Assembly (NCBI RefSeq): GCF_963506605.1
Contig: NC_083282.1
Location: 69,130,001 to 69,194,000, forward strand
Source of the DNA: Zootoca vivipara
Taxonomy: Eukaryota
Length of the DNA stretch: 64,000 nt
Direction: 5' to 3'
Shown here piece after piece: positions 49,437 through 62,116 of this stretch (position 1 is its first letter; the number at the start of each line of letters is the position of its first letter). The notes under the pieces are model-generated. The model saw nothing but the letters and a program-made list of their open reading frames with translations, was not told the origin of the DNA and did no database searches. The position numbers and the translations under genes were made by a program.

Positions 49437-51214
49437 GTAAGCGCCCTTCCTTGGATTTCCTTTGTTCCGTGAGGACGGGGCTGGTGGGTGGTCAAGACCA
49501 GGTTAGGGGCGAGAATGCGGGATAACTTGCTGCATATGACCCAGCCACTCATTAATCCGAAGTAACTAGTCCCTGTTGTCTTTGCTGCGGCAAAAGTAAC
49601 TAGTCCCTGTTGTTTTTCGTTGTAAGAAACTAGCTGGCCTCCCCTGGAAATTTACTGCCTACTGGTTTCAAGACGCATGAGGTGTATTAGGAATAGTGAC
49701 TCTAGGAAAGGAAGGTTTCTGGATATTTATTTCAGCCTTCCCCAAGCTGGTGCCCCCCGGAGATGTTTTGGACTACAACCCCCAGCAGCCCCGTTGCCCT
49801 ACTTGCATGGGAGCTGTAACCCAATGCATCAGCAGTGCTCCTGGTTGAGGAAGTTTGATTTCCTTATTGTTCAAGGCAGCATACACAGTCCTCGCCCTCC
49901 ATTACACCACTGCAACCCTCCAGTCGATTATGTTAAGCTGGGAAAGACAGAGGAGATGGGAGGAGAAACAGGTCCTGAGCCACACAGTGAGCATCATGGC
50001 TGAGTGGGGATTTGATCTTGAGTTTCCGCAGCACAGGTTCAACACTTTAACCACTGCACCCCACTGTCTCTTAGTGGTCAGGTGGGACCCACTTTTGACA
50101 CTCCTTAAGCACTTTTCCTTGAGTATAGCAGTGTTGTCCCCCAATGCAGAGCCCTCCTGATGCTGCGGGCTACAATTCTTTCAGCTCCAAACAACTGGGA
50201 AGAAGTTTACCCAAGAAGTGCACAAGCTGTGGGATGTGATGTGACCATCTCTTGATTTTTTGAAAGGTTTCCCTAACTTCCAGCATACCCCCCCCACACA
50301 CACACACATACACACTGGGCAGGAGAACAGGGCAATGTCTTGTAGGCTGTCTGTTCACCTTCTCAATACAAGAAATCCGGAGTTAGAGCATCCCCAAAAC
50401 ATAGCTCCCCATCCTCTGCAAGCGACAAGCGTCCCCACATACCCAAACAAGGAAAAATGTGTTTCAGAGAAAGAAATGCCAGCTGATACTGGAACAAGTG
50501 TGGGTCAAGTGCACTGGGGTTGCACAACGACCCATTTGCTCGTCTCCAGAATCTGTCATCCAGCCTAGCAGCAGGAAGCCTCACCGCTCAGTGACAGAGC
50601 AACTGCTTGGCCTGCAGAAGGTTGCAGGTTCAGTTCCCTGCAGTTCCCTGCAGTTGCCAGTCAGTGTAGCTCTGCTGCCAGTCAGCAGTCAGTACTGAGT
50701 TACATGGACCAGTGGTCTGGCTTGCTATGTTCTAGTGATCAGCGCAGTCAGTGTTTCACGTTGAACTGATGATATACCTGACATTAAACAAATAATCTTC
50801 TAGCGGAGGGCACCCTTAAAAGAGTCCCCAGGTACACCCCTGGAAGACCTCATCACTAGTCCTCCCCTAAGTGTAGAATCTTGGCTGGCTGTGAGGGGTA
50901 TCTGCTTACTCATGCACTCCGCACATGCTCAGAAGGGCCCTTTTTATTACTACTTTGCATGTTCGGAAGTTGAGAGAGACACTGAAAAGCAGTTCCAGGG
51001 CTGATGCCCGGGAGCAACTGAGCTCTGTCGACAGTGATCTGTGCGGTCCACACAGCTGGCTTTGTGGGTCTGGAGCAGAAATGAAATGGCTCTCTTCTGG
51101 TCTCTACCCCATCCTCCCATTGCAGGCCAAACAAAAAGCAAGGAAAGACATTGACCTGAAGAATTATGACACACCACTGCCATACTATGAGGTTTTCTCT
51201 GTCCATCATCAGAG

Positions 51215-51460
51215 GGGAAGGGCCATAGCTCAGTGGCAGAACATCCGCTCTGCATGCACAAGGTTCCAGGTTCAATCCCTGGCATTGCCAGGTAGGGGTG
51301 GGAGAGACTCCTGCCTTGCCGGGGGTTGAGCTCGATGACCCTTGGGGTCTCTTCCAACTCTATGATTCTGTGACTCCTTGTCTGAAACCCTGCAGGCTTG
51401 CTGCGAGTCAGTTTTGAGCTAGATGGACTAATGGTATGACTCAGAAAAAGGCTCTTCCTA
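51215..51460 (+). mobile_element. tRNA-derived SINE (Squam3-like) with an embedded CR1-like tail fragment
   Basis: A box TAGCTCAGTGG and B box GGTTCAATCCC; CR1-like gatgaccc..ttccaactctatgattct at ~51320-51372. Confidence 0.65.
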
Positions 51461-51521
51461 TCTGGGTAGGTAGCAGCGAAGGGGGCATTTACTGAATGAA
51501 TGCATACAGCAAACATGGGAT

Positions 51522-51522
<1 letters not shown>

Positions 51523-51576
<54 letters not shown>
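51523..51576. repeat. (TAA)n microsatellite
   Basis: Perfect trinucleotide run; similar runs at 34420-34458 and 57665-57710. Confidence 0.95.
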
Positions 51577-52573
51577 GCCTGGTGTGCAATGTAATATCCA
51601 GGGGGTGGGGATGAAGTGCCCTAATTCCACAGAAGCAGGTTTTTAAACAGTGTACAGTATATCTAGAGAGATGGTGTGGTGAACAGCATGTCAGATTGAG
51701 GTTCAAATCTCTACCACACAGGAGGGCAGCCCACAGCCCACAGGCTATATGCAGCCCACGCAGGGCCTCTCTGCTGCCCACCACAAGTTCACTAACCCTC
51801 CCCTGTCACCCCCAAAATAGGAGTGTGGGAAACTGCCTTTTGCTGAGTGACACCGTTGGTTGATTCAGCCCAGTGTTGTGTACACTGACTGGCCACAGGT
51901 CTCTGGGATTTCAGCCAGGGCTCTCTCGCAGCCTGGAGATGCTGGGGATTGAAGCTGGGACCCCCTGCATGCAGAACATGTGCTCTGCCACGGTCTTGAA
52001 GTGTACAGCTGGGTCAAGGGAAGGGAAGGGAGTGGTAGCAGTAGCTGGCCAATTCAGTGCCATTTTGAGTTTGCAACCTCACGTCGTGGTGCTCTTGACC
52101 TGCTAGTGTGGGTATACCAAAATCCTGCTGCCAAATAATATTCTTTTGCCTTAATTCAGCTCACAGTGGATTTATTTTTTGTCTCAGCTGCAAAAGCAAC
52201 AGGTCAAATTCCTAACATCCCAGTCCTATGACTCCAGTCCAACAAAGGCAGAACAAAACAGTGGCTTGCAACACCACTGCAAAATCAGCATCTAACCTGG
52301 GGGGGAAATCCCAGTACACTGATACCGTCAGGGCCATGCAAGTTCTTTTGGGTGCCAGCACAGGACATTTTACTCCCTGAAGCCAAGTCCTAATGGGGCC
52401 GCCTGCCCTGCTGCAGTCACTTTTTTTTTTTAAAGAATAAAGTATTGATGCACTATTCAGGCACCAATCCTTGCCTTCATCTCCTCCACCTCTGCTATTG
52501 TCTGTAAATTCACCCTACTGCATGCCTAGGCTGGTCCAGGTCTTCTCGATGGGTAAAAGCAAATGAGCACTCT

Positions 52574-52713
52574 CAGTAGCGAAGGAAGGGGTGTGCGGTG
52601 GGTGCGGACTGCCCCGGGTGTCATCAATGAGGGGGGTGACAAAATGGCAAAAATATGTGTTTTGGGGCTAAAATAACTCCCGCACCCACCACACGCCCCT
52701 TCCTACGCCACTG
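52574..52713. mobile_element. Short MITE with ~34-bp TIRs
   Basis: cagtagcgaaggaaggggtgtgcggtgggtgcgg / ccgcacccaccacacgccccttcctacgccactg. Confidence 0.75.
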
Positions 52714-53336
52714 CAAGAGCACTCTCCCCTTGAGTGATTTCCAGAAACCAGAAGCATTGCTGCCTCCAATTTTGCAGGCAGAGCATACTAGTAGCCTTCG
52801 ACAGCCCCCTCCTCCATGAATCTGCCTAATCCAGAGGCGTAGCTAGGTGAGGTGGGGGGCACTGGGTGTCACACCGCGGGGCCTGCAGTGTGCCTTAGCC
52901 ACACGTCTCTCCTGATTGGGGAGGTGTCGGTGGACTGCCTGCAAGCTCCATGCTGCTTTTTCAAGCAGCTTGGGGCTTGTGTCTGCCCACCGCCTCAGCC
53001 GCCCTACAGCTGATGGGGAGGCTGCGGAGAGGCTCCACACAGCCCGCCCTGCCCTGGCTCACCCCGCCCCCATGGGCGGTTTGTGCTGCCCCCGACTGCA
53101 GGGCGCGTGCGCCGTTCCAGGCACCCGAGCGGCTAGCTATGCCGCTGCTCTCATGCAGCCAGTTTTTTTTTATCAGGGAGATGTATCATTTATATTCTCC
53201 ATTTGACAGAAGAAAATACTTGTCCTGTAGCCAGGAGCAGGTCATTTAGAATAGGTCAAGCTGAGTTGAGATACCTTTTTATAGACGAAAGATATTATTT
53301 TCTTTTTTGGAAACTTCTTCCTTTATTTTGAATGTT

Positions 53337-53796
53337 TTTTTTATAATGTTTTTATTAGAATTTTCAAAAATACAACAATAATATAAAAAGAAATAAAGCA
53401 GAAAAAAGGAAAAGGAAAAACAAATACATATAAAGCACAAATTCTTATATCACTTCACATTGTATATTGGGACCTCCTCGGGTTCCCCTCCCTGTGGTTC
53501 TTTAGCACAATTATACTTAGCAAATTCTATACCATTTTAATCACCTTGCATAGTCTTATTTTCTTCCTTTCATATATCATATTCATAAATTCCACAGTCT
53601 ATTTACAACTTAATTTCTGATCTAGTACATTACTTTAGCATGTTTTTTTAAATACAATTTGAAATCTTTCCATTCTTCTTCCATTGCTTCCTCCCCCTGG
53701 TTGCGGATTCTTCCGGTCATCTCAGCCAATTCCATAAACTCCATCATCTTCATCTGCCAGTCATCAATCGTTGGTAGTGTTTGTAATTTCCAGTTC
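53337..53796 (-). mobile_element. L1 LINE 3' fragment (ORF2 C-terminus plus 3' UTR and poly-A)
   Basis: WKLQTLPTIDDWQMKMMEFMELAEMT..EEWKDFKLYL resembles the non-mammalian L1 ORF2 end; 18-bp TSD tcctttattttgaatgtt (53319-53336 / 53797-53814). Confidence 0.85.
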
Positions 53797-54987
53797 TCCT
53801 TTATTTTGAATGTTATGCACACAAAATATTGAGAGCTAGTGGAGACCTGATCAGAACCTCATCTTTAGCACAAACTCGTTTTGATCCAAAGATAGATAGG
53901 GGAACATGCGGGCCTCTGGATATAGTTGGACAATAACTCCCATCGGCCCCAGCCTGCTGGATGGGATCTGTGTCACCTGCGACTCAGTAGGAAATATCCA
54001 GGGACACTGGAGAGCTGGAAACAAATCACGGTAGTGATACAAAAACAAAATGTGTTTCTGGGTGCTTCCCAGACAGAAGCTTAATACTGTAATCATTCAG
54101 GTGTTGCAAACTGGTTGTTGGCAGCTTAACTGGAGTTTTCCTGGAATGGGTGAAATCCTGATTAAAAGTGGGAGGGGGGAATATCGGGTGGCATTTTGAT
54201 GCCAATGACGTGTGGATGCTGCAAAAAATGTTTGTTTGTTTTTTTAAAAAAATTCCATGCCCAAGGGGGACTGCCAATCCCACAACTGACACCCAATCTG
54301 GCTGCATCCCAGAGTTCCCTCTGTGACTGATGGAAGAAAGATGTCTGTGCGTGATCCCAGATGCACCTGTTTGTGCATATGGAACCTCTGCCTGAGTGTG
54401 TTTCTGAAGGAGGAACCTGCTTCTCAAGAGGGATTGCAGTAATGCGGGTCCCCCCAAACACAGCCCCTAAGGAATGCAGGAATGGTTCACATCGCTTATT
54501 GGCTCTTGGCTTCTGCTCCCTGCAAGTTCCTCTGTGATACGGCTAATGGAAAGGAGGCACCAGGCAGCTGGTGACAAATGTAATGTTGGGTAAAGTCCCA
54601 CTCCAGGCAGGAGGACAAAAAGGCTTTTATCCTCTTTGTAGTGGGAGGTGTATCGTAGCCTTGAACTAATCATCTTGCCCCCCTTGTCTTCCTGGGGCTG
54701 GCAGAAAAGAGCTCCTCTCTTAGCCTGTGCTAACAAGCTAGCCTTTGAGCTCCGCAATCATTGTCTGGGGGCAGGGCTGCTCTCCCTCTCTCCCTTCATC
54801 TACCCTTCTCAGGATTGCTAAACAGCAACTTACTCACTCCCAGCATAACTGCTGGGCATGCTCTTATCAGCTACCTAAATGCATATTGTTGTTGTTGTTG
54901 TTGTTTTTTAAAAAAAATTCCCTGGAGTTAGAGAAGAACAAGGAGCTGGGCATTTTTAGTCCTTGAATGTGTGTGGCTCTTTAGCAG

Positions 54988-54989
<2 letters not shown>

Positions 54990-55048
<59 letters not shown>
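54990..55048. repeat. Compound (CA)n(GA)n microsatellite
   Basis: Seen directly. Confidence 0.95.
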
Positions 55049-55053
<5 letters not shown>

Positions 55054-55532
55054 CCACAAAGGACTGCATTGCACAGAAAGGAGCATCGGGCCTATACTAA
55101 GACTCTGACCAAGCATCACTTTACACCAGGAAGGGATTTACACACACGCACACGCACACACACACTGCTAAGTGGAACTGGACAAAAGCAGACCTGAATT
55201 TAGTTAGCCATGGCAGTTTCTGGAGAGGGAAGGAAATTGTTGTGTCATGCCTTCCAGATACTGACTAAGCTTGAGAGCAGGGCTGGCCCTACCATTAGGC
55301 AGAGTGAGGCAACTGCCTCAGCCAGCAAATGCTTGGGGAAGGAGGCAGTAGCCTCTTGGCTGTTTCTTCTGAGCCCCCTGGCCAAAACCCCATGCCTGCA
55401 CCCACTGCCCTTAACTGGCTTCCTGCCAGTATTAATATAATATTCAATTGCTGTTCCAGCCTGCATGTGGACTGGGGGTGCCATCTTGGGGGTGCCCCAG
55501 CAGCAAAATGTGCCTTGAAGCAGTCCTGCTTG

Positions 55533-55674
55533 AGAATTATAGAATTATAGAGTTGGAAGGGATCACAAGGATTATCCAACCCCCTGCAGTGCAGGAATCG
55601 TTCGCCCAATGTGGGACTTGAACCCACAACCCTGGGATTAAGAGGCTCATGCTCTACCAATTGAACTATCCCAG
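55533..55674 (-). mobile_element. tRNA-Lys(CTT)-headed SINE with CR1-like tail
   Basis: Reverse complement reads GGTAGAGCATGAGCCTCTTAATCCCAGGGTTGTGGGTTCAAGTCCCACATTGGGCG, then attcctgcactgcagggggttgg..ccttccaactctataattct. Confidence 0.8.
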
Positions 55675-55839
55675 GAATGGAGCAAACTAATCCAAGCCCT
55701 GAGTGGAGATTCCCAGTACCTCCAGCTAAGGTTAGGAACGTGACCTGCCTGAAACCCTGGATAGCCGTTGCAAGTCAGTGTGTAGACAATATTCAGTTAA
55801 ATGTTGCCAGTGGTCTGCCTATGTTCCTGTGAGGTCGAA

Positions 55840-55842
<3 letters not shown>

Positions 55843-55894
<52 letters not shown>
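55843..55894. repeat. (GT)n microsatellite
   Basis: Seen directly. Confidence 0.95.
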
Positions 55895-55900
<6 letters not shown>

Positions 55901-56202
55901 TGGGCATACTACATATATACGATACAGATATAGATATTTAAAATTTCCTGTCCGTTCTTCTGAAGAACTGGGAGGGAGCCTCTAATCCTTCTTAACAAGC
56001 TCTAGCTGTAGGAAAGAGCACAGATCCACATGCCACTCTTTGCCTGGCTAGACAAAGCGGGTGGGGAAAGGAATGCTAAGAATCTGCTGGGAACAGATAA
56101 TTTCCTGCTTATTCCGGAGTAGGCCTAGCGCCTGCATCTTACTTGCAAGCCTGTCCTTATGAAAATAGAATCAAAGAAAGACTAAGGGTCGGTCCTTTAG
56201 AG

Positions 56203-56418
56203 CAGTGGCCTTCAACCCCCAGGCCACGGACCGGTAGCGGTCCGTGAATCAATTGGTACCGGGCCGCCTAAGGATCATTAAATACAATTAAATTAAAATT
56301 ATTAAATCAAAACAATCTAAATAAAATATAAACAATAAACGCCCCCCCCCTCAGCGGGCCACAGTAAAATTATCAAACGTTGACTGGTCCGCGGTGATAA
56401 AAAGGTTGGGGAGCACTG
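56203..56418. mobile_element. hAT MITE A
   Basis: cagtg...cactg termini; TSD ctttagag. Confidence 0.9.
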
Positions 56419-56426
56419 CTTTAGAG

Positions 56427-56562
56427 CAGTGGTCCTCAACCTTGGGCCTCCAGATGTTTTTGGCCTACAACTCCCATGATCCCTAGCTAGCAGGACTAGT
56501 GGTCAGGGATGATGGGAATTGTAGTCTCAAAACATCTGGAGGCCCAAGGTTGAGGACCACTG
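56427..56562. mobile_element. hAT MITE B (palindromic)
   Basis: TIRs cagtggtcctcaaccttgggcctccagatg; TSD ctttagag. Confidence 0.92.
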
Positions 56563-57173
56563 CTTTAGAGGGAAGGATCTCCTGCTGGAAATTGCCCCAA
56601 GTTTCTGAAGGTATTGCTTCTGTCTCGCTAAGAAATCAGACACCAGCAGTGTAATTCTCTGCACATCTGCTTAGAAGGAAGTCCCACTGAGTTCCATGGG
56701 ACTTACTCCCAGGTAGATGTGTATACTAGGACTGGAACCTAAATGAGTAGCAAGTAGCCTTGCCATTTCTCTCTCCCTTGTCTGTCTCCCCCCCCCCCAA
56801 AAATTAATAATCTGGGTTTGTGTATCTTTAACAGCTGATTGTCAGGCAGATAGTAAAGAGCAGAGGCTTTCACTATCCCCTATAACTGCATGCTGCTGCT
56901 TATGTTGAATTTCCTGGGTAAACTCTCAGGCATTAGGCTAGATGGGAACAATGTATATGCAAGCACAGGGTATCTCTCCCCACTCTAGCAATGGCGAGTT
57001 CTGGTGCAGTGAGCCCATTCTGAAGAATGGGAAGCAGGTTTGTCGCAAGGCTAGACACAGTTTACGCTGGTGATTGCAATGGGCCACCGTTTGTGTGCAG
57101 GCATGCTTTTTCTGTTGCTTCCAAATGTCTCAAATGTGTCATCATCCCCATCCCACCAAAGGCAGCCCTGTTT

Positions 57174-57524
57174 GTTGTTGTTTAGTCGTTTAGTCGTGTC
57201 CGACTCTTCGTGACCCCATGGACCAGAGCACGCCAGGCACTCCTGTCTTCCACTGCCTCCCGCAGTTTGGTCAAACTCATGTTCGTAGCTTCGAGAACAC
57301 TGTCCAACCATCTCGTCCTCTGTCGTCCCCTTCTCCTAGTGCCCTCCATCTTTCCCAACATCAGGGTCTTTTCCAGGGAGTCTTCTCTTCTCATGAGGTG
57401 GCCAAAGTATTGGAGCCTCAGCTTCACGATCTGTCCTTCCAGTGAGCACTCAGGGCTGATTTCCTTCAGAATGGATAGGTTTGATCTTCTTGCAGTCCAT
57501 GGGACTCTCAAGAGTCTCCTCCAG
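57174..57524 (-). mobile_element. BovB (RTE) 3' fragment
   Basis: ORF 57182..57511 is the intact BovB C-terminus; 34-bp TSD at 57140-57173 / 57525-57558. Confidence 0.95.
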
Positions 57525-57543
57525 CATCATCCCCATCCCACCA

Positions 57544-57664
57544 AAGGCAGCCCTGTTTAGGGAAGGTTTTTTATGTTTAATGCTGTATTGTGTTTTTAAT
57601 ATTTGGTTGGGAGCCGTCCAGAGTGGCTGGGAAACCCAGCCAGATGGGCAGGGTGTAAATAAAC

Positions 57665-57710
<46 letters not shown>
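57544..57710 (+). mobile_element. L2 3' terminal fragment with (TTA)n tail
   Basis: aaggcagccctgtttagggaag...cagatgggcagggtgtaaat matches the 3' end of the L2 at 31980-32140. Confidence 0.8.
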
Positions 57711-58879
57711 GCAGAAGCTCAGGAATGGATTCCCAGCTTGCCTTGGATGGTATCTGCAATACAAAGATTTGAATAGTTTACCAAAACTCTTCAAGATGCC
57801 TTTTAAAGATGGTTGTTTTAGTCAGGAGATTCAGAATACAGCATTTGCCGAAGGCAGGGAAGTGGGGGGTGGGGAGTATTGTGGCATCAGATCTTAAATC
57901 CTTCAGATAACATATCCAAAATGTGAAATGATTAAACATTAGGGCGACCAGATGGAAAGGAGGATGGGGCTTCCATCATCAATACAGAAGGAGTGGTGTA
58001 TTGGAAGAGGGATGAAGCACTCTCAATTATTACACAGCCAGGACAATGGTGGCATCTCTTGGGGCACTCTGTGCATATCCTCTGCATGCCAAGAAATTAG
58101 GGTGGCTCCCCCCCCCCCCGAGAAAAACCCACCAGAAAAGTCAAGCAGAGCAAGAGACAGGTGCCGTGAATATGCATGGCTAAGGTTTCGATGGGCACTT
58201 TGGAAATAATGTTTTTGAGTGCACACAATAAATTACTGGATGTTCAAATGAACCCACTGACAATTCTTCATATATATATATATATATATAATGTAAGACC
58301 AGAACATCAGAATTTAGTTAGGGGTTTGTTAACTGCTGCTAAAATGTTAATTGCTGCTAAACGTGTGCTCCAATAATTCCAATGAAATGAAAATGGTTTA
58401 TTAAAATAATGAAATTAATGTTTAATAATAATAATAATAATAAATTTTTATTTATACCCCACGCTCCCCAGACACGGCTGAGCTCAGAGCAGCTAACACC
58501 AAATATAAAACAACTAGTTAAAATACTACTCAACAACAAGACTAAATACATTGAAATTAAAGTTAAAAATTAAAGGAAAGTAGGCACAAAAGTGAGTGAT
58601 TTGAGAATTGGCAATCTACCTTATTTAGTACATGAAATCAGAACGTGTTAGAATTATTGAAAGCCTTTTCACTGCTATCAAAAGTAATTATCTGTTTGCC
58701 TACTTAAAAGATAGAAATGATATAATATTTCTAAAATGAGGTAATAGTATTTTAAAGAACATATTATCTATATTTGTGCTATATAATAGTGAAGATACAT
58801 ATTTAATGTAGGAAGATATTTAAAAAGGCTCAAAGAATAAGTATTATAAGCAATTATAAGTCTGTTTTGTTTTTCCTAG

Positions 58880-59161
<282 letters not shown>

Positions 59162-59215
59162 TGAACCAGGAAGCCCTCCCTTTCAATCTCACCTCGGTCA
59201 AGAACTTAGTAGATA

Positions 59216-59455
59216 CCGTGTTCCTCCGAAAATGAGACACCGTCTTATATTTATTTTCCCTCAAAAAACACACACACTATGGCTTATTTTCAGGGGATGT
59301 CTTATGTTTTTTCCTCCTCCTCCTGCCGCGGCCGGCATTGCTGCTGCGCCTATCACCATGCCTTATTTTTGGGGTGTGGCTTATATTCCTTGAATGCTTA
59401 AAAATCCTGCTATGGCTTATTTTTATGACTACATCTTAAAATAGGGGAAACAGGG
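59216..59455. mobile_element. Tc1/mariner-pogo MITE
   Basis: ta-ccgtgttcc...ggaaacaggg-ta imperfect TIRs with TA flanks. Confidence 0.7.
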
Positions 59456-60948
59456 TAGTCTTAAGGCGGGGACAGGTAACCTCTGTCTCTCCAGAGGTTG
59501 CTGCACTACAGCTCCCGTGATGATTCCCAACCATTGACCAGGCTGGTTAAATAGTTAGTTTGCTTGTTTTATTAAGCCTACATTTAAATTGAATTGAATT
59601 GAGGAAAGTGGCAACTGTTGGTGTTGCTAAAACAACTGGATGTCAGAAACCTTTGCCAAGCTACTGCAAAGCAGCCAGAGATCTACCAGAGACCCTCATC
59701 TGCATTCTGGCCGTCTCTGCTCAAAGCAACTCATCTTGTAATGATGGTGCCAATACGTTTACATTAGCGATGAGGTTCCTGTGGCCCCTGCTTTAATCTC
59801 ATGTTGCCCTAGAGGCACCTTAGACCCATTCTTGCTCTCTGGATCACAGTAGAGGATGGCCCATTGGGGTGAGTCAGGCACTTTCCTACCAACACCATTC
59901 TGCCCCCAGGTACCCTGCACTTGCTTGCCTTCTTACTTTCAGCCATTCCAGGCACTGCCTGTCATTTTAGTCTCAGTGTTTCCCTTGTGGAACGTAGCAC
60001 AGAGATGGATTTAGCGCAGTGCAACCAGTTCTACTCCACTGGGCGCTGAGCCTAGGAGGAGCCACAGGGTGCCGTAACTATGACATAGTGAAATGAGCAG
60101 AATGGAGGGTGAAAGGCAGGGGTGCACACCAAATTTGGGGCTCGCACAGGGTGCAGCTGAAATTTGAAAGACCAAAGTCTGCCCCCCGAGTAATAGGGCG
60201 GAGGACGAGGACAAAACTAGAATTACTTGGCTCTGTTGGTTATTGGCTGTGGCCAATGGCCAGCACTTATAGACAATCCCTCTGGGAATTGCTTTGCCTC
60301 CTCCATTGTGTGTGAGAGAGAGGGAGAGAGAGAAGGAGCCATGGCTGTTACGCAGTGAATCAGGAGGTGGGGTGGGAGCTTTGCAGCAGAGACAGATTTA
60401 GGGCAGCGTGACCGGTTCACCCACACTGGGCACTGAGCTGAGGGGGGCGCTGCAGGGCACTGCAACTGTGATGTAATGCACACACAGAAAGGAAGGCGAA
60501 GAGGGGGCACCAAATTTTAGCCTCACACAGGGTGCTGTTGAAATTTGAAAGATCAAAGAACACCCCTGCTTGCAATAAGCCATGGAATATGAGGGAATGT
60601 ATTCAGTATCGAGAAAAGAAAGTTATTCGCACGTAGTTAAACTATGAAATCTGATCCCACAAGAGGCAGTGATCCACATCTTGAAACTAAGAGGAAACAA
60701 CATGGGGTGGGAGAACTTGGTGTTCATTTTAACAAGCCAAAAGAAGTCTGATTGCCAGGCCTAGCCTTTTATTCCCAGAAACTCCCCCTGCCCCAGAAAC
60801 CCAGGTCAGTTGCTAAATCAGGCAGGGCAAAGCAAAAACTTGCTCAAATGGCCAAGGGTGAGAGACGATGGGAGCTGCAGCCTAGCAACATATGGGGAGC
60901 CACAGGGCCCTCATCTCCCTTGCTCAAGGCTTCAGGCAGTTCTGAGTA

Positions 60949-61322
60949 CCATATTTTTCGCTCCATAAGACGCACCTGACCAAAAGACGCACCTAATTTT
61001 TAGAGGAGGAAAGGGGGAAAGCCCTGGTTTTTGGGGGATCAGCTCAAAGTTGTGCACCTTCTTGCAGCTTCTTTTGCAAATGGGAAAAGCCCCATTTTGG
61101 GGGGACCAGCTCACAGTTGTGCAGCTTTTTTGCAGAGGGGGAAAGCTCCTTTCCTTTGAGCATCAGCTCGAAATTGTGCAGCTTCTTTTGCAAAAAAGAA
61201 AAGCCCCATTTTGGGGGGGATCAGCTGCAACTTTTTTGGGGGGAAAACTCCATTTTTGAGGATGAGCTCAAAGTTGCTGAGCTTACCTTGCAAAGGAAAA
61301 ATATCCTGTTTTTATGGGGTTC
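60949..61322. mobile_element. Partial pogo/Tigger-like element with internal degenerate tandem repeats
   Basis: taccatatttttcgctccataagacgcac terminus; repeated ggggatcagctc..gttgtgcagc units. Confidence 0.55.
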
Positions 61323-62116
61323 AACTAATCCAATCCAATCCAATCCATATTCAAATTAAGGTTGTACGCACAGCATCCATTTAAAGCACATTTAAAATAT
61401 ATGACTTTTCCTCAAAGAATCATGGGAACTATAGTTTGTTAAGGCTGCTGGAAACTGTTGCTGTATGAGGCTTAAACTATCTTTTTGGGGGCTGGGGGTG
61501 TGCTTTAAATGTATAGTATGTACACAGCCTGAGTCTAGTTGCGATCTTATGGGTGCTGCATCAAGCCATATTGTTTATTCATTTTGTTCTCCTCTTTAAC
61601 CCCTGCTTTGCATAATCCAGCCTGTGAAAGAATTAGGAAGAACTCAAAATTATGATCACTGTTTTGTGACTTCCTGGTTGGTCCTAAAAAAGGGATTGTC
61701 CAAATTGTGGAATTTGGGACAAACTAAGAACAGATTCAGCTTCTGGCAGACAGGCTTATAGTCATCCCAAGCATACTCGGTCTCAGTGTGGTGACAGTTG
61801 TGGGCTGAAAGGGTCCTCTGTGAATATCCACTTCACAAAGGCCAGCCTGCATTCTGAACACTCACCGAACCATTGTCAAGCTCATTTCAAGGCCAGTAAA
61901 TTCATCCTGGGTAGAGAGGTTGTGGAGACTATAAATCAAGGAAATAAAATGGTTGAGAGAACACCTGAATGCATGGATAGGAATCAGGAAGTCATCTGAT
62001 TAGCAAGCCTCCCCCCCCCCAACACTCAATCTCTTATCAAACAACACACCACCTCGCAAGTCAATTTTGCTATGTTATTTTCCATTCAACAGCCTAACAG
62101 CCCATGGATAGAAGCT

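Noticed and set aside
55600-55674. Functional tRNA-Lys gene (likewise the tRNA-Ile and tRNA-Asn-like sequences)
   Set aside because: The stems are mutated and each runs into a SINE body and CR1 tail without a poly-T terminator.
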